64,000 bases of DNA from Eubacteriales bacterium (GCA_045660785.1 JAZREL010000076.1:594-64593), one strand, 5' to 3'; numbered from the stretch's first letter, positions 53,748 to 62,811 are shown. Notes: generated by a model not told the origin, from the sequence alone. Numbers and translations are program-made.

Positions 53748-54230
53748 ATGGACGCGGTAATAATGGATGCATCAAGCGATGCAAGGGAGATAATTGAGCT
53801 TACCTCACTTCTTTACAGTGAGGGCTTTGGAAATATAATAATTTTTTCGCACCTTGGCGAAAAGGACTTTTTCTTTATGCAAATTTCCCTTTTTGAAAGC
53901 TGTGTGCCTGCCATAGTGCTAAAATGCAATAAAGGTGAAAGCTCACGGGACTTGCTTAAATCAATAAAGGGCAGCTTGACGGGCAGCTTTTTTGTGGTTT
54001 ATTCACCAAGCATCAGTGGCTACGATATTGAGCTTGCGCGCAAGGAGCATAGAAAAAGCGGAAAGGGCGCAACGTTGCTCCAATCAAGCTCGCGCCTCTC
54101 GGGCGTTTATTTTGAAAGCGAAATTTTTGATTATCTTGAAATTACCACCGACCTTGAAAGAGAAGCCATTTCCCGAATTATAGAGGATGATGAGTGCGCG
54201 GTATATAATCTTTCATCTTATGATTTCTAA
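53748..54230 (+). CDS. Hypothetical protein, degenerate nucleotidyltransferase-like N-terminus
   Basis: 160 aa. AVIMDASSDAREIIELT sits where sugar nucleotidyltransferases have AVIMAGGxGxRLxPLT, and the glycine signature is lost. Confidence 0.45.
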   Translation: MDAVIMDASSDAREIIELTSLLYSEGFGNIIIFSHLGEKDFFFMQISLFESCVPAIVLKCNKGESSRDLLKSIKGSLTGSFFVVYSPSISGYDIELARKEHRKSGKGATLLQSSSRLSGVYFESEIFDYLEITTDLEREAISRIIEDDECAVYNLSSYDF

Positions 54231-54244
54231 CGAAAATTTTCATA

Positions 54245-54282
54245 AAAAACGAGCGAACCATTTCGGTTCGCTCATTGTTTTT
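54245..54282. terminator. Bidirectional terminator
   Basis: A 9-bp stem gagcgaacc/ggttcgctc flanked by A- and T-runs. Confidence 0.8.
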
Positions 54283-54318
54283 GTGGGATGTGTTTATGCC
54301 TTAATGTGGCGCTCTTTT

Positions 54319-56289
54319 TTATTCAAGTTCAAAGGCACCTGTATAAAGCTGATAATACTTGCCCTTCTCGGCAATCAAGCTCTCGTGTGAGCCACGCTCG
54401 ATAATTCTGCCTTGCTCAAGCACCATAATCACGTCGGAGTTTTGAATGGTTGAGAGGCGGTGGGCGATAACGAATACCGTTCTGCCCTTCATAAGAGAGT
54501 CCATACCTGCTTGAACAATTGCTTCGGTTCTTGTGTCGATAGAGGAGGTTGCCTCGTCCATAATCATAACAGGCGGGTCAGCAACTGCCGCACGTGCAAT
54601 TGAAATAAGCTGTCTTTGTCCCTGTGATAGGCCGCTCCCGTCACCCTTTATCATAGTGTTATAGCCGTCGGGAAGCATTTCAATAAACGAATGTGCATTT
54701 GCAAGCTTAGCAGCAGCTATACATTCCTCGTCGGTTGCATCAAGCTTGCCGTAACGGATGTTGTCCATAACTGTGCCTGTAAAGAGGTTTACGTCCTGTA
54801 AAATCACGCCAAGGGAGCGGCGCAGGTCGTCCTTTTTGATTTTGTTGATGTTAATGCCGTCGTATCTGATTTTGCCATCAGCAATATCGTAAAAACGGTT
54901 GATTAGGTTGGTAATGGTAGTTTTACCTGCGCCCGTTGCACCAACGAATGCGATTTTTTGTCCCGGCTCGGCATAAATTGAAACGTCGTGAAGAACAATT
55001 TTCTCAGGCACGTAGCCAAAATCAACACCGTTTAAGCGCACGTCACCGCGCACACGCACGTAAGTAATTGTGCCATCACTGTGCGGATGCTTCCAAGCCC
55101 AAATGCCTGTGTGGTGGTCTGCTTCGCAAAGCTCGCCATTTTCGTCGATTTGAGCATCAACCAAGGTAACGTAGCCGTTGTCAACCTCACACTCGGTATC
55201 AAGCATTTCAAAGATACGCTCAGCACCTGCAAGCGCCATTGTAATCGCGTTTGCCTGCTGTGAAAGCTGTGAAACGTTGTTTGTAAATTGCTTTGAAAGA
55301 CCAAGGAAGGCAACTGCAGTACCGATTGAGAAAACAGGGTCCTCAATGCCTAAAAACGTAGCAAACGAGGGGTTATATTTACCAACGAGCATAGTGCCGA
55401 CGAAAACAAGGCATACGTACAAAACGTGACCGATATTATTCATAATAGGCATAAGAGTATTAGCTCTTGTGTTTGCCTTTGTCGCGTGTGTGCAAAGCTT
55501 TTCGTTCAGCTCGTCAAAGCGCTTTTTGCTCTTTTCCTCGTAGTTAAATACCTTAACAACCTTTTGTCCGTTAATCATTTCCTCAACGAAGCCCTCTGCC
55601 TCACCTAAGGAAATTTGTTGCTTTCTGAAGTGCTTAGCGCCTGAGCCGCCGATTGTCTTTGCCACAAAGGACATAACAAGCATACCGCCAAGGACAACAA
55701 ATGCCATCCAAAAGCTCATTGAGAACATAAAAATTGTAACGGTGGTAAGAATAATTACAGTGGAAATAAGCTGTGGAAGTGACTGCGAAATAAGCTGTCT
55801 TAACGAGTCAATATCGTTTGTGTAGTGCGACATAATATCGCCGCGCGGATGAGTGTCAAAATATTTGATTGGAAGCTTTTGCATCTTGCCAAACATAAGT
55901 GTTCTTAATTTATGCAAGCTGCCCTGTGTAACCGTTGCCATCGTTCTTGTCTGTGTGAAGTTTGAGATAAGACCTATCACGTAAATTAAAGCGAGAACTG
56001 AAAGGGAAATGGCAATAGTAGGGAAGTATTGAGCCATAGCTTCCGAGGTTAAAAGCCCTGAACGGATCGCGTTTATCGCCTCCGACGAGGTGTCAATAAC
56101 CTTACGCTGGAACATAGATGGGGAAGCCGCCGCAAGTGCGCTTAAGCAAATGCAAACGAAAACGAGAATAAAGCGCACGGGATAAAATTTAAGAAGCAGC
56201 TTGAGAAGACGCCAAAACGTACCCTTTTTAACCTTCTTTAGCGGTCTGCCCATTACGGGCTGACGGGGTGGTCTCACTGTTTTATTCAT
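54319..56289 (-). CDS. ABC exporter, fused permease-ATPase (type I exporter half-transporter)
   Basis: 656 aa. 6 TM segments plus an NBD with GATGAGKTT, LSQGQRQ and MIMDEATS motifs. Confidence 0.92.
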   Translation of the reverse strand: MNKTVRPPRQPVMGRPLKKVKKGTFWRLLKLLLKFYPVRFILVFVCICLSALAAASPSMFQRKVIDTSSEAINAIRSGLLTSEAMAQYFPTIAISLSVLALIYVIGLISNFTQTRTMATVTQGSLHKLRTLMFGKMQKLPIKYFDTHPRGDIMSHYTNDIDSLRQLISQSLPQLISTVIILTTVTIFMFSMSFWMAFVVLGGMLVMSFVAKTIGGSGAKHFRKQQISLGEAEGFVEEMINGQKVVKVFNYEEKSKKRFDELNEKLCTHATKANTRANTLMPIMNNIGHVLYVCLVFVGTMLVGKYNPSFATFLGIEDPVFSIGTAVAFLGLSKQFTNNVSQLSQQANAITMALAGAERIFEMLDTECEVDNGYVTLVDAQIDENGELCEADHHTGIWAWKHPHSDGTITYVRVRGDVRLNGVDFGYVPEKIVLHDVSIYAEPGQKIAFVGATGAGKTTITNLINRFYDIADGKIRYDGININKIKKDDLRRSLGVILQDVNLFTGTVMDNIRYGKLDATDEECIAAAKLANAHSFIEMLPDGYNTMIKGDGSGLSQGQRQLISIARAAVADPPVMIMDEATSSIDTRTEAIVQAGMDSLMKGRTVFVIAHRLSTIQNSDVIMVLEQGRIIERGSHESLIAEKGKYYQLYTGAFELE

Positions 56290-58106
56290 TGTAAGCTCGC
56301 CCCCTTTATTTGTGATGTATATATTTCGCGGTAAATATCGTTCGACTGAAGAAGTGAGTCGTGATTTCCAACCGCATTTATCTTTCCGTCATCCAAGATT
56401 ATAATAATATCGGCATCCTGCACGCTTGAAATTCTTTGCGCGATAATAATTTTCGTCGTGTTTGGAATTTCCTCACGCATTGCTTTTCTGATAAGCGCGT
56501 CGGTTTTTGTGTCAACGGCACTTGTGGAGTCGTCAAGAATGAGAATTTTCGGCTTTTTAAGAAGCGCACGCGCAATACAAAGACGCTGCTTTTGTCCGCC
56601 CGATACGTTTGCGCCGCCCTGCTCGATATATGTATCGTATTTCTCGGGGAATTTTTCAATAAATTCGTCAGCGCAGGCAAGTGTGCAAGCGTGCTTCATT
56701 TCCTCGATTGTTGCATTTTCGTTACCCCAACGAAGGTTTTCCTTGATGGTGCCAGAGAAAAGCACGTTCTTTTGTAAAACAACGCTAACGGAATCACGAA
56801 GCGTAACAAGGTCGTAGTCCTTTACGTTTACGCCGCCAACCAAAACCTCGCCGCTTGTCGCATCGTAAAGACGCGGAATTAACGAAATAAGTGTTGATTT
56901 TGCACTACCCGTACCGCCGATAACGCCAACTGTTTGACCTGATTCTATCTTCAAGGAAACACCGTCAAGTGCATTTTTCTCCGCGCGCTGTGCATATTTA
57001 AAGCATACGTTTTTAAACTCGATAGAGCCGTTTTCTACTGCCTTTATTGGATTTTCGGGATTTTTAATTGTCGTTTCCTCGTTAAGAACCTCAGTTATAC
57101 GGCGCGCGCTCTCGGTTGACATCGTAACCATAACGAAAATCATAGAAAGCATCATAAGTGACATAAGCATTTGCATACCGTAGGTAAGAAGTGTGGAGAA
57201 GTTACCAATTGCAAAGGCACTTCCGCCCGAGGAGATAAGTAAGAATGAGCCGAAAAGCAAGATTCCAACCATAAGTGAATACATACAAAGCTGCATAACG
57301 GGAGAGTTGAAGGCAAGGATTTTTTCCGCCTTCCAAAATCCGTTTCTTACGTCGTCTGAGGCCGCCTCAAACTTTTCCTTTTCGTATTCCTCACGTACGA
57401 AGGATTTAACAACGCGCATACCCTGCACGTTTTCCTGAACGGAGTTGTTAAGCTTGTCGTATTTTTTGAAAACCTTCTTGAAAATAGGCATTGCAAGGCG
57501 CGAAATCATAATAAGCGCAAAGAGCAAGATAGGCACCACAACAACGAAAATCCAAGCCATTTTTCCACCAACCCAAAACGCCATGATTATCGAGAAGATA
57601 AACATAAACGGTGAGCGCACGGCAGTTCTGATTATCATCATAAACGCCTGCTGAACGTTAGTTACGTCAGTTGTCAAGCGCGTAACCAAGCTTGAGGTTG
57701 AAAAATTGTCGATGTTTTCAAATGAAAATTCTTGGGTTTTATTAAAGGTCGCCTCGCGCAAATTCTTAGCAAAGCCGCAGGATGCGCGTGAGCAATGAAC
57801 GCCCGCAAGCGCACCGAAGGAAAGGGAGAGAAGCGCAAAGCAAATAAGAATGGAGCAGAAAACCAAAATAACCGCGGTAACGTTACTTTCACCGATTAAG
57901 GTAATTAACCACCTCGTGATTTTGATTCTTTCAAGGGACGCGCCCTCAACACCGTTTGATGCCTCGATAAAGGTTATAAGCTCGCCTGCAATGGCAGGAA
58001 TCATACATTCCATAATAACCTCAAAAAGAACAAGAAGCGGGGAAAGAATAGCGTTTTTCTTATATTCTTTAACGTACTTAAAAAGCTTTTTGAAATTTTT
58101 AAGCAA
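56286..58106 (-). CDS. ABC exporter, fused permease-ATPase (heterodimer partner)
   Basis: 606 aa. 6 TM segments plus an NBD with GGTGSAKST, VSGGQKQR and LILDDSTS motifs. It overlaps its partner gene by 4 nt. Confidence 0.92.
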   Translation of the reverse strand: MLKNFKKLFKYVKEYKKNAILSPLLVLFEVIMECMIPAIAGELITFIEASNGVEGASLERIKITRWLITLIGESNVTAVILVFCSILICFALLSLSFGALAGVHCSRASCGFAKNLREATFNKTQEFSFENIDNFSTSSLVTRLTTDVTNVQQAFMMIIRTAVRSPFMFIFSIIMAFWVGGKMAWIFVVVVPILLFALIMISRLAMPIFKKVFKKYDKLNNSVQENVQGMRVVKSFVREEYEKEKFEAASDDVRNGFWKAEKILAFNSPVMQLCMYSLMVGILLFGSFLLISSGGSAFAIGNFSTLLTYGMQMLMSLMMLSMIFVMVTMSTESARRITEVLNEETTIKNPENPIKAVENGSIEFKNVCFKYAQRAEKNALDGVSLKIESGQTVGVIGGTGSAKSTLISLIPRLYDATSGEVLVGGVNVKDYDLVTLRDSVSVVLQKNVLFSGTIKENLRWGNENATIEEMKHACTLACADEFIEKFPEKYDTYIEQGGANVSGGQKQRLCIARALLKKPKILILDDSTSAVDTKTDALIRKAMREEIPNTTKIIIAQRISSVQDADIIIILDDGKINAVGNHDSLLQSNDIYREIYTSQIKGASLQ

Positions 58107-58273
58107 AAAACCACCTCCAAAATAAAGTGAATTCTATAAATTAACACCTGATATTATATCATTTTTATATAGCAAAGTCAACTTTGATAAGAAATTTTCT
58201 TATATTTTTATGTGAAAATTTGGTGAAAGAAAAAAGAGAGCAAAAAGCTCCCTTTCTATTTGTTATTTATCAT

Positions 58274-58654
58274 TTAAGACAAGCTTAATTCGGGGTAGGC
58301 AAGGAGAAAAAGCTCCAAAATTCTTTCCTTGCTGCCACTAAGGTGTAAATAGCCGAAAATTGCTTCAAAGCCCGTTGCGGTCTTGTATTCAATAGGGCTT
58401 GCACTCTTTGGAATATTAAGATGAGAGGAGTTTTTTCCGCGGCGGAAAATTTGCGCCTCGTCATCAGTCAAAACGCTTTCTATATTTGCAAAGGCGCGCG
58501 CTTGGCTCACCGCCGTTACGTATTTTAGCGCCTCACTGTTTAGCTTAGCCGATTTTTGCGCTCCCTTTAGTATAAGTCGCTCACGAATCAACACCTCAAG
58601 CACGGAATCCCCAAGGTAGGCAAGTGCGGCTGCACTCATTTGAAAAAAGTCCAT
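58274..58654 (-). CDS. mrnC: Mini-ribonuclease 3
   Basis: The AALAYLGDSVLE RNase III signature is present. I set the start at ATG 58654 behind a GGAGG RBS, giving 126 aa. Confidence 0.88.
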   Translation of the reverse strand: MDFFQMSAAALAYLGDSVLEVLIRERLILKGAQKSAKLNSEALKYVTAVSQARAFANIESVLTDDEAQIFRRGKNSSHLNIPKSASPIEYKTATGFEAIFGYLHLSGSKERILELFLLAYPELSLS

Positions 58655-58793
58655 ATGCTCCTCCAAAAAATAACCTTGCGATAATTCTACCATAAATTCC
58701 TCATATATTTCAATAGAGCAGTACAAAAAAAGCTGAGAAAAAAGTAAAAATGAGAAAACATAATAAAATTTTGCAAAAAAATTAAAAAAACAC

Positions 58794-58822
58794 TTGCAAA
58801 GCGTTTAAAACTGTGCTACAAT
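58794..58822 (+). promoter_or_regulatory. Sigma-A promoter (TTGCAA-17-TACAAT) for tRNA-Leu
   Basis: Read directly from the sequence. The -10 ends 25 nt before the tRNA 5' end. Confidence 0.6.
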
Positions 58823-58846
58823 AATCAAGCATTAAAAATCACACAT

Positions 58847-58933
58847 GCCGGTGTGATGGAATTGGCAGACGTGCCGGACTCAAAATCCGGTGGTAGAGAT
58901 ATCGTATCGGTTCGACCCCGATCACCGGCACCA
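58847..58933 (+). tRNA. tRNA-Leu (anticodon CAA), encoded CCA
   Basis: Acceptor stem GCCGGTG/CACCGGC, anticodon loop CTCAAAA, a long variable arm, the GGTTCGA T-loop, and a 3' ACCA. Confidence 0.92.
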
Positions 58934-58967
58934 AAAAATCCGTATCCTTGTGGTACGGATTTTTTTA
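58934..58967 (+). terminator. Intrinsic terminator after tRNA-Leu
   Basis: atccgta/tacggat hairpin plus a T7 run. Confidence 0.8.
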
Positions 58968-58970
58968 TGC

Positions 58971-59082
58971 AATTCGCAAAACGCGAATTGATGATATACA
59001 CCTTTGGTGATGATATGCAAGACTACGCCTTGATGATATACACACGTTCGTGTGGCGATATACAATGCACGCATTGTATAAC
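58971..59082 (+). repeat. Micro-hairpin array, family 2 (5 units; linker (A/G)(T/C)GATAT(A/G); stems closed by CA...TG)
   Basis: GATAT(A/G)C recurs at 58993, 59012, 59035 and 59057. Between the copies lie cacc-ttt-ggtg, caag-actacgc-cttg, cacac-gttc-gtgtg and caatg-cacg-cattg. A 7-bp aattcgc/gcgaatt hairpin leads the array. Confidence 0.85.
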
Positions 59083-59086
59083 ACTC

Positions 59087-59115
59087 GTAGGGGATGACGC
59101 CCTGACGCGGACCCC
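59087..59115 (+). repeat. GTAG-headed REP-like element (start of a ~120-nt structured stretch)
   Basis: GTAGGGGATGACGCCCTGACGCGGACCCC is near-identical in its first ~18 nt to the minus-strand element at 47800-47825. Confidence 0.6.
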
Positions 59116-59225
59116 AAACCTCATATTACGCGAACCCGAAACCTCATTCTTCGGTTTGCGCGCCCCTATACGATTTGAGGCCCCCTATGGCATCCCGCAA
59201 AATAAAAGGTACGCTCAGGCAAATA

Positions 59226-59254
59226 CAAAAAAGAGACCTCGCGGTCTCTTTTAA
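59226..59254. terminator. Bidirectional terminator (serves the LRR lipoprotein gene)
   Basis: agagacc/ggtctct stem flanked by A- and T-runs. Confidence 0.8.
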
Positions 59255-59256
59255 TT

Positions 59257-60276
59257 TTATTCGTAAAAATCTGGAATTTCAACCGCGGAATATCTTGACC
59301 AACCAAGCGCAGGGCGGAAGCCCCAAATTGAATCTCTTGCTTGTCTGTTTGACTTTTCGCTCTTGTCAAAAAGCGTGAGGTTGCTTTCCCATTCAAGGAT
59401 TATCGGCAGGTCGTTTTTCATTGACGAGTCGAGCAAGCGATAGTTAATCTTGTCGCCGTTTTGAACCTCGGAATACAAGCAAACGCGAATTCCCCAACAA
59501 AGGTCAAATGCAGCCGCCTCAACCACCTTGATGCTTCTTGGAATTGCAATAGTGTAGTAGTAGCTTTCGTTTTTATATTGGCTGTTTCCAAACGCCACGC
59601 CAAAATCAGTAAACGCGTTTGTCTTAATTCCAACAACGCTCTTGCCTTGGTATTCGCGCGGCATGTAAACAATCTTCGTTGCATCAACGGGTCTTACAAA
59701 GTCAACACAGTAAAGCTCACCGTTTTCCTCTACGTAAACAAAGCCGTCAGCGTCCGTAATTGTGGTAGGCGCAGGTGGCTCCTCGTTTCCTTCGTCACCG
59801 TCGCCCTCGCCGCCGTTGTCACCGCTATTATCGCCACTGTTGTCACCGCCCTCGTTGCCTGAGCCACCTTGGTTGCCGCTTCCGCCTTGGTCGTCGTCCT
59901 CATTGTCTGAGCCACCTTGGTTCTCGTTTCCACCTTGGTCGTCGTCCTCATTGCCTGAGCCGCCTTGGTTCTCGTTTCCGCCTTGGTCGTCGTCCTCATT
60001 GCCTGAGCCACCTTGGTTCTCGTTTCCGCCTTGGTCGCTGTCCTCATTACCCGAGCCACCCTCGGTGTCAGTGTCTGTTTCGGTGTCGGTAACATCGCCT
60101 GCACCCGTGTCGGTGTCCTTATTTGTGTCGTCCGTGTCGATGTTTGTGTCTGTTTCGTCCGTTTGTGTGCCTTCGCCCGTGTCAATGTAAATGCCACCGC
60201 CCTCGCAAGCGGAGAAGCAAAGCGCCAAAAGAACGGTCAGTGCCAAAAGAATACACAAAAATATATTTCTTTTCAT
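59257..60276 (-). CDS. Lipoprotein with an acidic repeat linker and a C-terminal BspA-type leucine-rich-repeat-like domain
   Basis: Lipobox FSACEGG, a T/D-rich stretch, (GGSGNEDDDQGGNENQ)n repeats, then an IPRSIKVVEAAAF-type LRR segment. The start ATG 60276 lies behind a GAGGA RBS. Confidence 0.75.
   Translation of the reverse strand: MKRNIFLCILLALTVLLALCFSACEGGGIYIDTGEGTQTDETDTNIDTDDTNKDTDTGAGDVTDTETDTDTEGGSGNEDSDQGGNENQGGSGNEDDDQGGNENQGGSGNEDDDQGGNENQGGSDNEDDDQGGSGNQGGSGNEGGDNSGDNSGDNGGEGDGDEGNEEPPAPTTITDADGFVYVEENGELYCVDFVRPVDATKIVYMPREYQGKSVVGIKTNAFTDFGVAFGNSQYKNESYYYTIAIPRSIKVVEAAAFDLCWGIRVCLYSEVQNGDKINYRLLDSSMKNDLPIILEWESNLTLFDKSEKSNRQARDSIWGFRPALGWSRYSAVEIPDFYE
59885..60076. repeat. 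In-frame 48-bp tandem repeat, about 4 copies
   Basis: ccttggtcg(t/c)(c/t)gtcctcatt starts at 59885, 59933, 59981 and 60029, an exact 48-nt period. It encodes the 16-aa G/N/E/D/Q repeat. Confidence 0.9.
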
Positions 60277-60364
60277 AAATTCCTCTAAAAAAATGATATA
60301 TTTCGATTTTATCATAAATAGTTCATTTTTGCAATACAATAAGCAAAATTGCGAAAAATTTCTA

Positions 60365-60393
60365 TTTACATTTTATATTAAGTATGATATACT
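60365..60393 (+). promoter_or_regulatory. Sigma-A promoter (TTTACA-17-TATACT with extended -10 TG) for pcrA
   Basis: Read directly from the sequence. Confidence 0.55.
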
Positions 60394-60424
60394 TAAATGG
60401 AATATTGAGAAATGGAAAATTAAA

Positions 60425-62800
60425 ATGACAGAACAAGAAAAAAATAGATTTCTAAAATCAAAACGCGCTCTTTTTGATAAGTATTATTCGTTTCTTAACG
60501 AAAAGCAAAGAGAGGCGGTATATACAGTTAAGGGTCCTGTGCTTATTTTGGCAGGCGCAGGCAGCGGAAAAACCACCGTTTTGACAAACCGTATCGCACA
60601 TATTATAAGATACGGTGACGCCTATTTTTCAGACGAGGTGCCCGATTTTTTAACAAGTGACGATATTGAGGCAAACGAAAACGCGATAAATCTCCCCACA
60701 GAGGAGCTTGCTAAATATCTAAAGGTGTTTGCAAAATATAACTGTCCGCCGTGGGCAATTTTGGCAATTACCTTTACAAACAAAGCCGCAAACGAAATCA
60801 AGGAGCGTCTTAACAGAATTTTAGACGATGGGGCAGGCGATATTTGGGCAGGCACGTTCCACTCCGTTTGTATGCGAATTTTGCGCTCACACGGTGAGGA
60901 GGTTGGTTACCGTCCTGCGTTTGGCGTTTGTGATGCGGATGACTCCAAAAAGCTCATTTCCAAATGTATGAAGGACTTGAATATTGACGAAAAGCGCCTT
61001 TCGATAAAAGCGGTTATGAATGAGATAAGCCGCGCAAAGGATCGCTTGAAGGGTCCGTATGACTATTCCTTGGAGGTTGGCTCTGACGCGCGCTATAAGG
61101 AGGTTGCAAGGGTTTACGAGCTTTATCAAAAGCGCCTTTTGGAATCAAACCTTCTTGACTTTGACGATATTATTATGAAAACGGTTGAGCTGCTTAGCAA
61201 CAACCCCGAAACCTTAGCGTACTACCAAAATAAATTTAAGTACGTTTTGGTTGATGAGTATCAGGATACAAACCACGCGCAATTCGTGCTTGTTTCGCTC
61301 CTTGCGGGCTTTTACAGAAACATAATGGTTGTTGGCGACGATGACCAAAGTATATACAAATTCCGCGGTGCGACAATTGAAAATATTCTCTCGTTTGACA
61401 AAAAATACGAGGATGCAATGGTTGTAAAGCTTGAGCAAAACTACCGTTCAACCTCGAATATACTTAACGCGGCAAACTCGGTTATTGCAAATAATGACCA
61501 CCCACACCCGAAAAAGCTTTGGTGCCAAAACGAGGAGGGTGACAAAATCCTTGTCAAAGAGGTTTATACACAAAATGACGAATCGCGCTTTATCATTGAT
61601 AAAATAATAGAGCTTCGCGGAGAAAGAAATCTTGACTATCGCGATTTTGCAATACTTTACCGCATAAACGCGCAATCGATGAACCTTGAAACGATGTTTG
61701 CAAAGGGCGGAATTCCGTACCGTATGCTTGGCTCACTCAGGTTCTATGACCGTAAAGAGGTAAAGGACATTATTGCATATCTTTCGGTTATAAACAACCC
61801 GAGCGACAACGTGCGCCTTCGCCGTATAGTAAATGAGCCGAAGCGCAAAATCGGCGATAGCTCGTTTGATACGGCATCGAAAATGGCAGAGGAGCTTGGA
61901 ATTCCTACGCTTGAGCTGCTTAAAAACGCAACACAGTATATGGCAATTCCCAAAATGGCGGCTAACGCGATGGAAGCGTTTTACAAAATCATTGAGTCGC
62001 TAAGGGATGATTTACACACAATGACGCTCAGCGCTTTTGTGCGCGCGGTAATTAAACGCACGGGCTATGAGGCGGCGCTTGTCGCACTCGGACAAGCAGA
62101 GGCGGAGCGACTTGAAAACTTAGATTCACTTTGCGTTGCGGTAAAGGAGTATGAGGAAAACGCCGAGGAGCCCTCGCTTGTTGGCTTCCTTGAGGAGGTT
62201 GCGCTTATCTCCGATATTGACCGCTATGACGAAACTGCCGACGCGGTAACGCTTATGACAATACATAGCGCAAAGGGACTTGAATTCCCAATTGTGTTCT
62301 TGCCAGGTATGGAGGACGGTGTTTTCCCGGGACAGCAGTCAATTTCAATGCCCGGTGAAATAGAGGAGGAGCGCCGCCTTGCTTACGTTGCGATAACGAG
62401 AGCAAAGAAAACGCTTATCATCACCCACACAAGGGAAAGAATGCTTTACGGCATGACACAAAGAAATCCCGTTTCAAGGTTTGTTAAGGAAATTAACCCT
62501 ATATACCTTGATATGAAAAAGGAAAAGACAGCTTCCTTTGGCGGCTTTATCCCGACACAGTCAAAGCCGCAAAATCTCAGCGGATTTTTCGGTAAGCCGA
62601 AAACGTCCACGCCACCGCCAAAAAAGGCAACAAACCTTTTTGCAATCGGTGACCGCGTGAAGCATATGACCTTTGGAGAGGGCACGGTATTAAACGTTTC
62701 TCCAATGGGTGCTGACCATATGTACGAAATTGCTTTTGATAACGTAGGCACCAAAAAGCTTATGGCGAACTACGTTTCTAAACTAATGAATAAAATTTAA
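60425..62800 (+). CDS. pcrA: ATP-dependent DNA helicase PcrA/UvrD
   Basis: 791 aa counted from ATG 60425. AGAGSGKTT Walker A, VDEYQDTN motif and the remaining SF1 helicase motifs are present. The tracked 60191 start lies inside the opposite-strand gene. Confidence 0.95.
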   Translation: MTEQEKNRFLKSKRALFDKYYSFLNEKQREAVYTVKGPVLILAGAGSGKTTVLTNRIAHIIRYGDAYFSDEVPDFLTSDDIEANENAINLPTEELAKYLKVFAKYNCPPWAILAITFTNKAANEIKERLNRILDDGAGDIWAGTFHSVCMRILRSHGEEVGYRPAFGVCDADDSKKLISKCMKDLNIDEKRLSIKAVMNEISRAKDRLKGPYDYSLEVGSDARYKEVARVYELYQKRLLESNLLDFDDIIMKTVELLSNNPETLAYYQNKFKYVLVDEYQDTNHAQFVLVSLLAGFYRNIMVVGDDDQSIYKFRGATIENILSFDKKYEDAMVVKLEQNYRSTSNILNAANSVIANNDHPHPKKLWCQNEEGDKILVKEVYTQNDESRFIIDKIIELRGERNLDYRDFAILYRINAQSMNLETMFAKGGIPYRMLGSLRFYDRKEVKDIIAYLSVINNPSDNVRLRRIVNEPKRKIGDSSFDTASKMAEELGIPTLELLKNATQYMAIPKMAANAMEAFYKIIESLRDDLHTMTLSAFVRAVIKRTGYEAALVALGQAEAERLENLDSLCVAVKEYEENAEEPSLVGFLEEVALISDIDRYDETADAVTLMTIHSAKGLEFPIVFLPGMEDGVFPGQQSISMPGEIEEERRLAYVAITRAKKTLIITHTRERMLYGMTQRNPVSRFVKEINPIYLDMKKEKTASFGGFIPTQSKPQNLSGFFGKPKTSTPPPKKATNLFAIGDRVKHMTFGEGTVLNVSPMGADHMYEIAFDNVGTKKLMANYVSKLMNKI

Positions 62801-62811
62801 GGAGATAAATT

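Noticed and set aside
58125-58150. AGTGAATTCTATAAATTAAC as a degenerate family-1 unit.
   Set aside because: These are two linker-like words without intervening palindromes or periodic neighbours. The sequence lies in the AT-rich promoter region of the ABC exporter, so chance is likely.
59730-60197. Several 100-155-aa ORFs on both strands within the LRR lipoprotein repeat region.
   Set aside because: They are artefacts of the stop-free 48-bp tandem repeat and the T/D-rich linker. Only the frame with a signal peptide, lipobox and C-terminal domain is credible.
60191-60424. Upstream extension of pcrA (tracked start 60191).
   Set aside because: The extension runs through the opposite-strand lipoprotein start and the AT-rich promoter region. 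The conserved PcrA N-terminus begins at ATG 60425.
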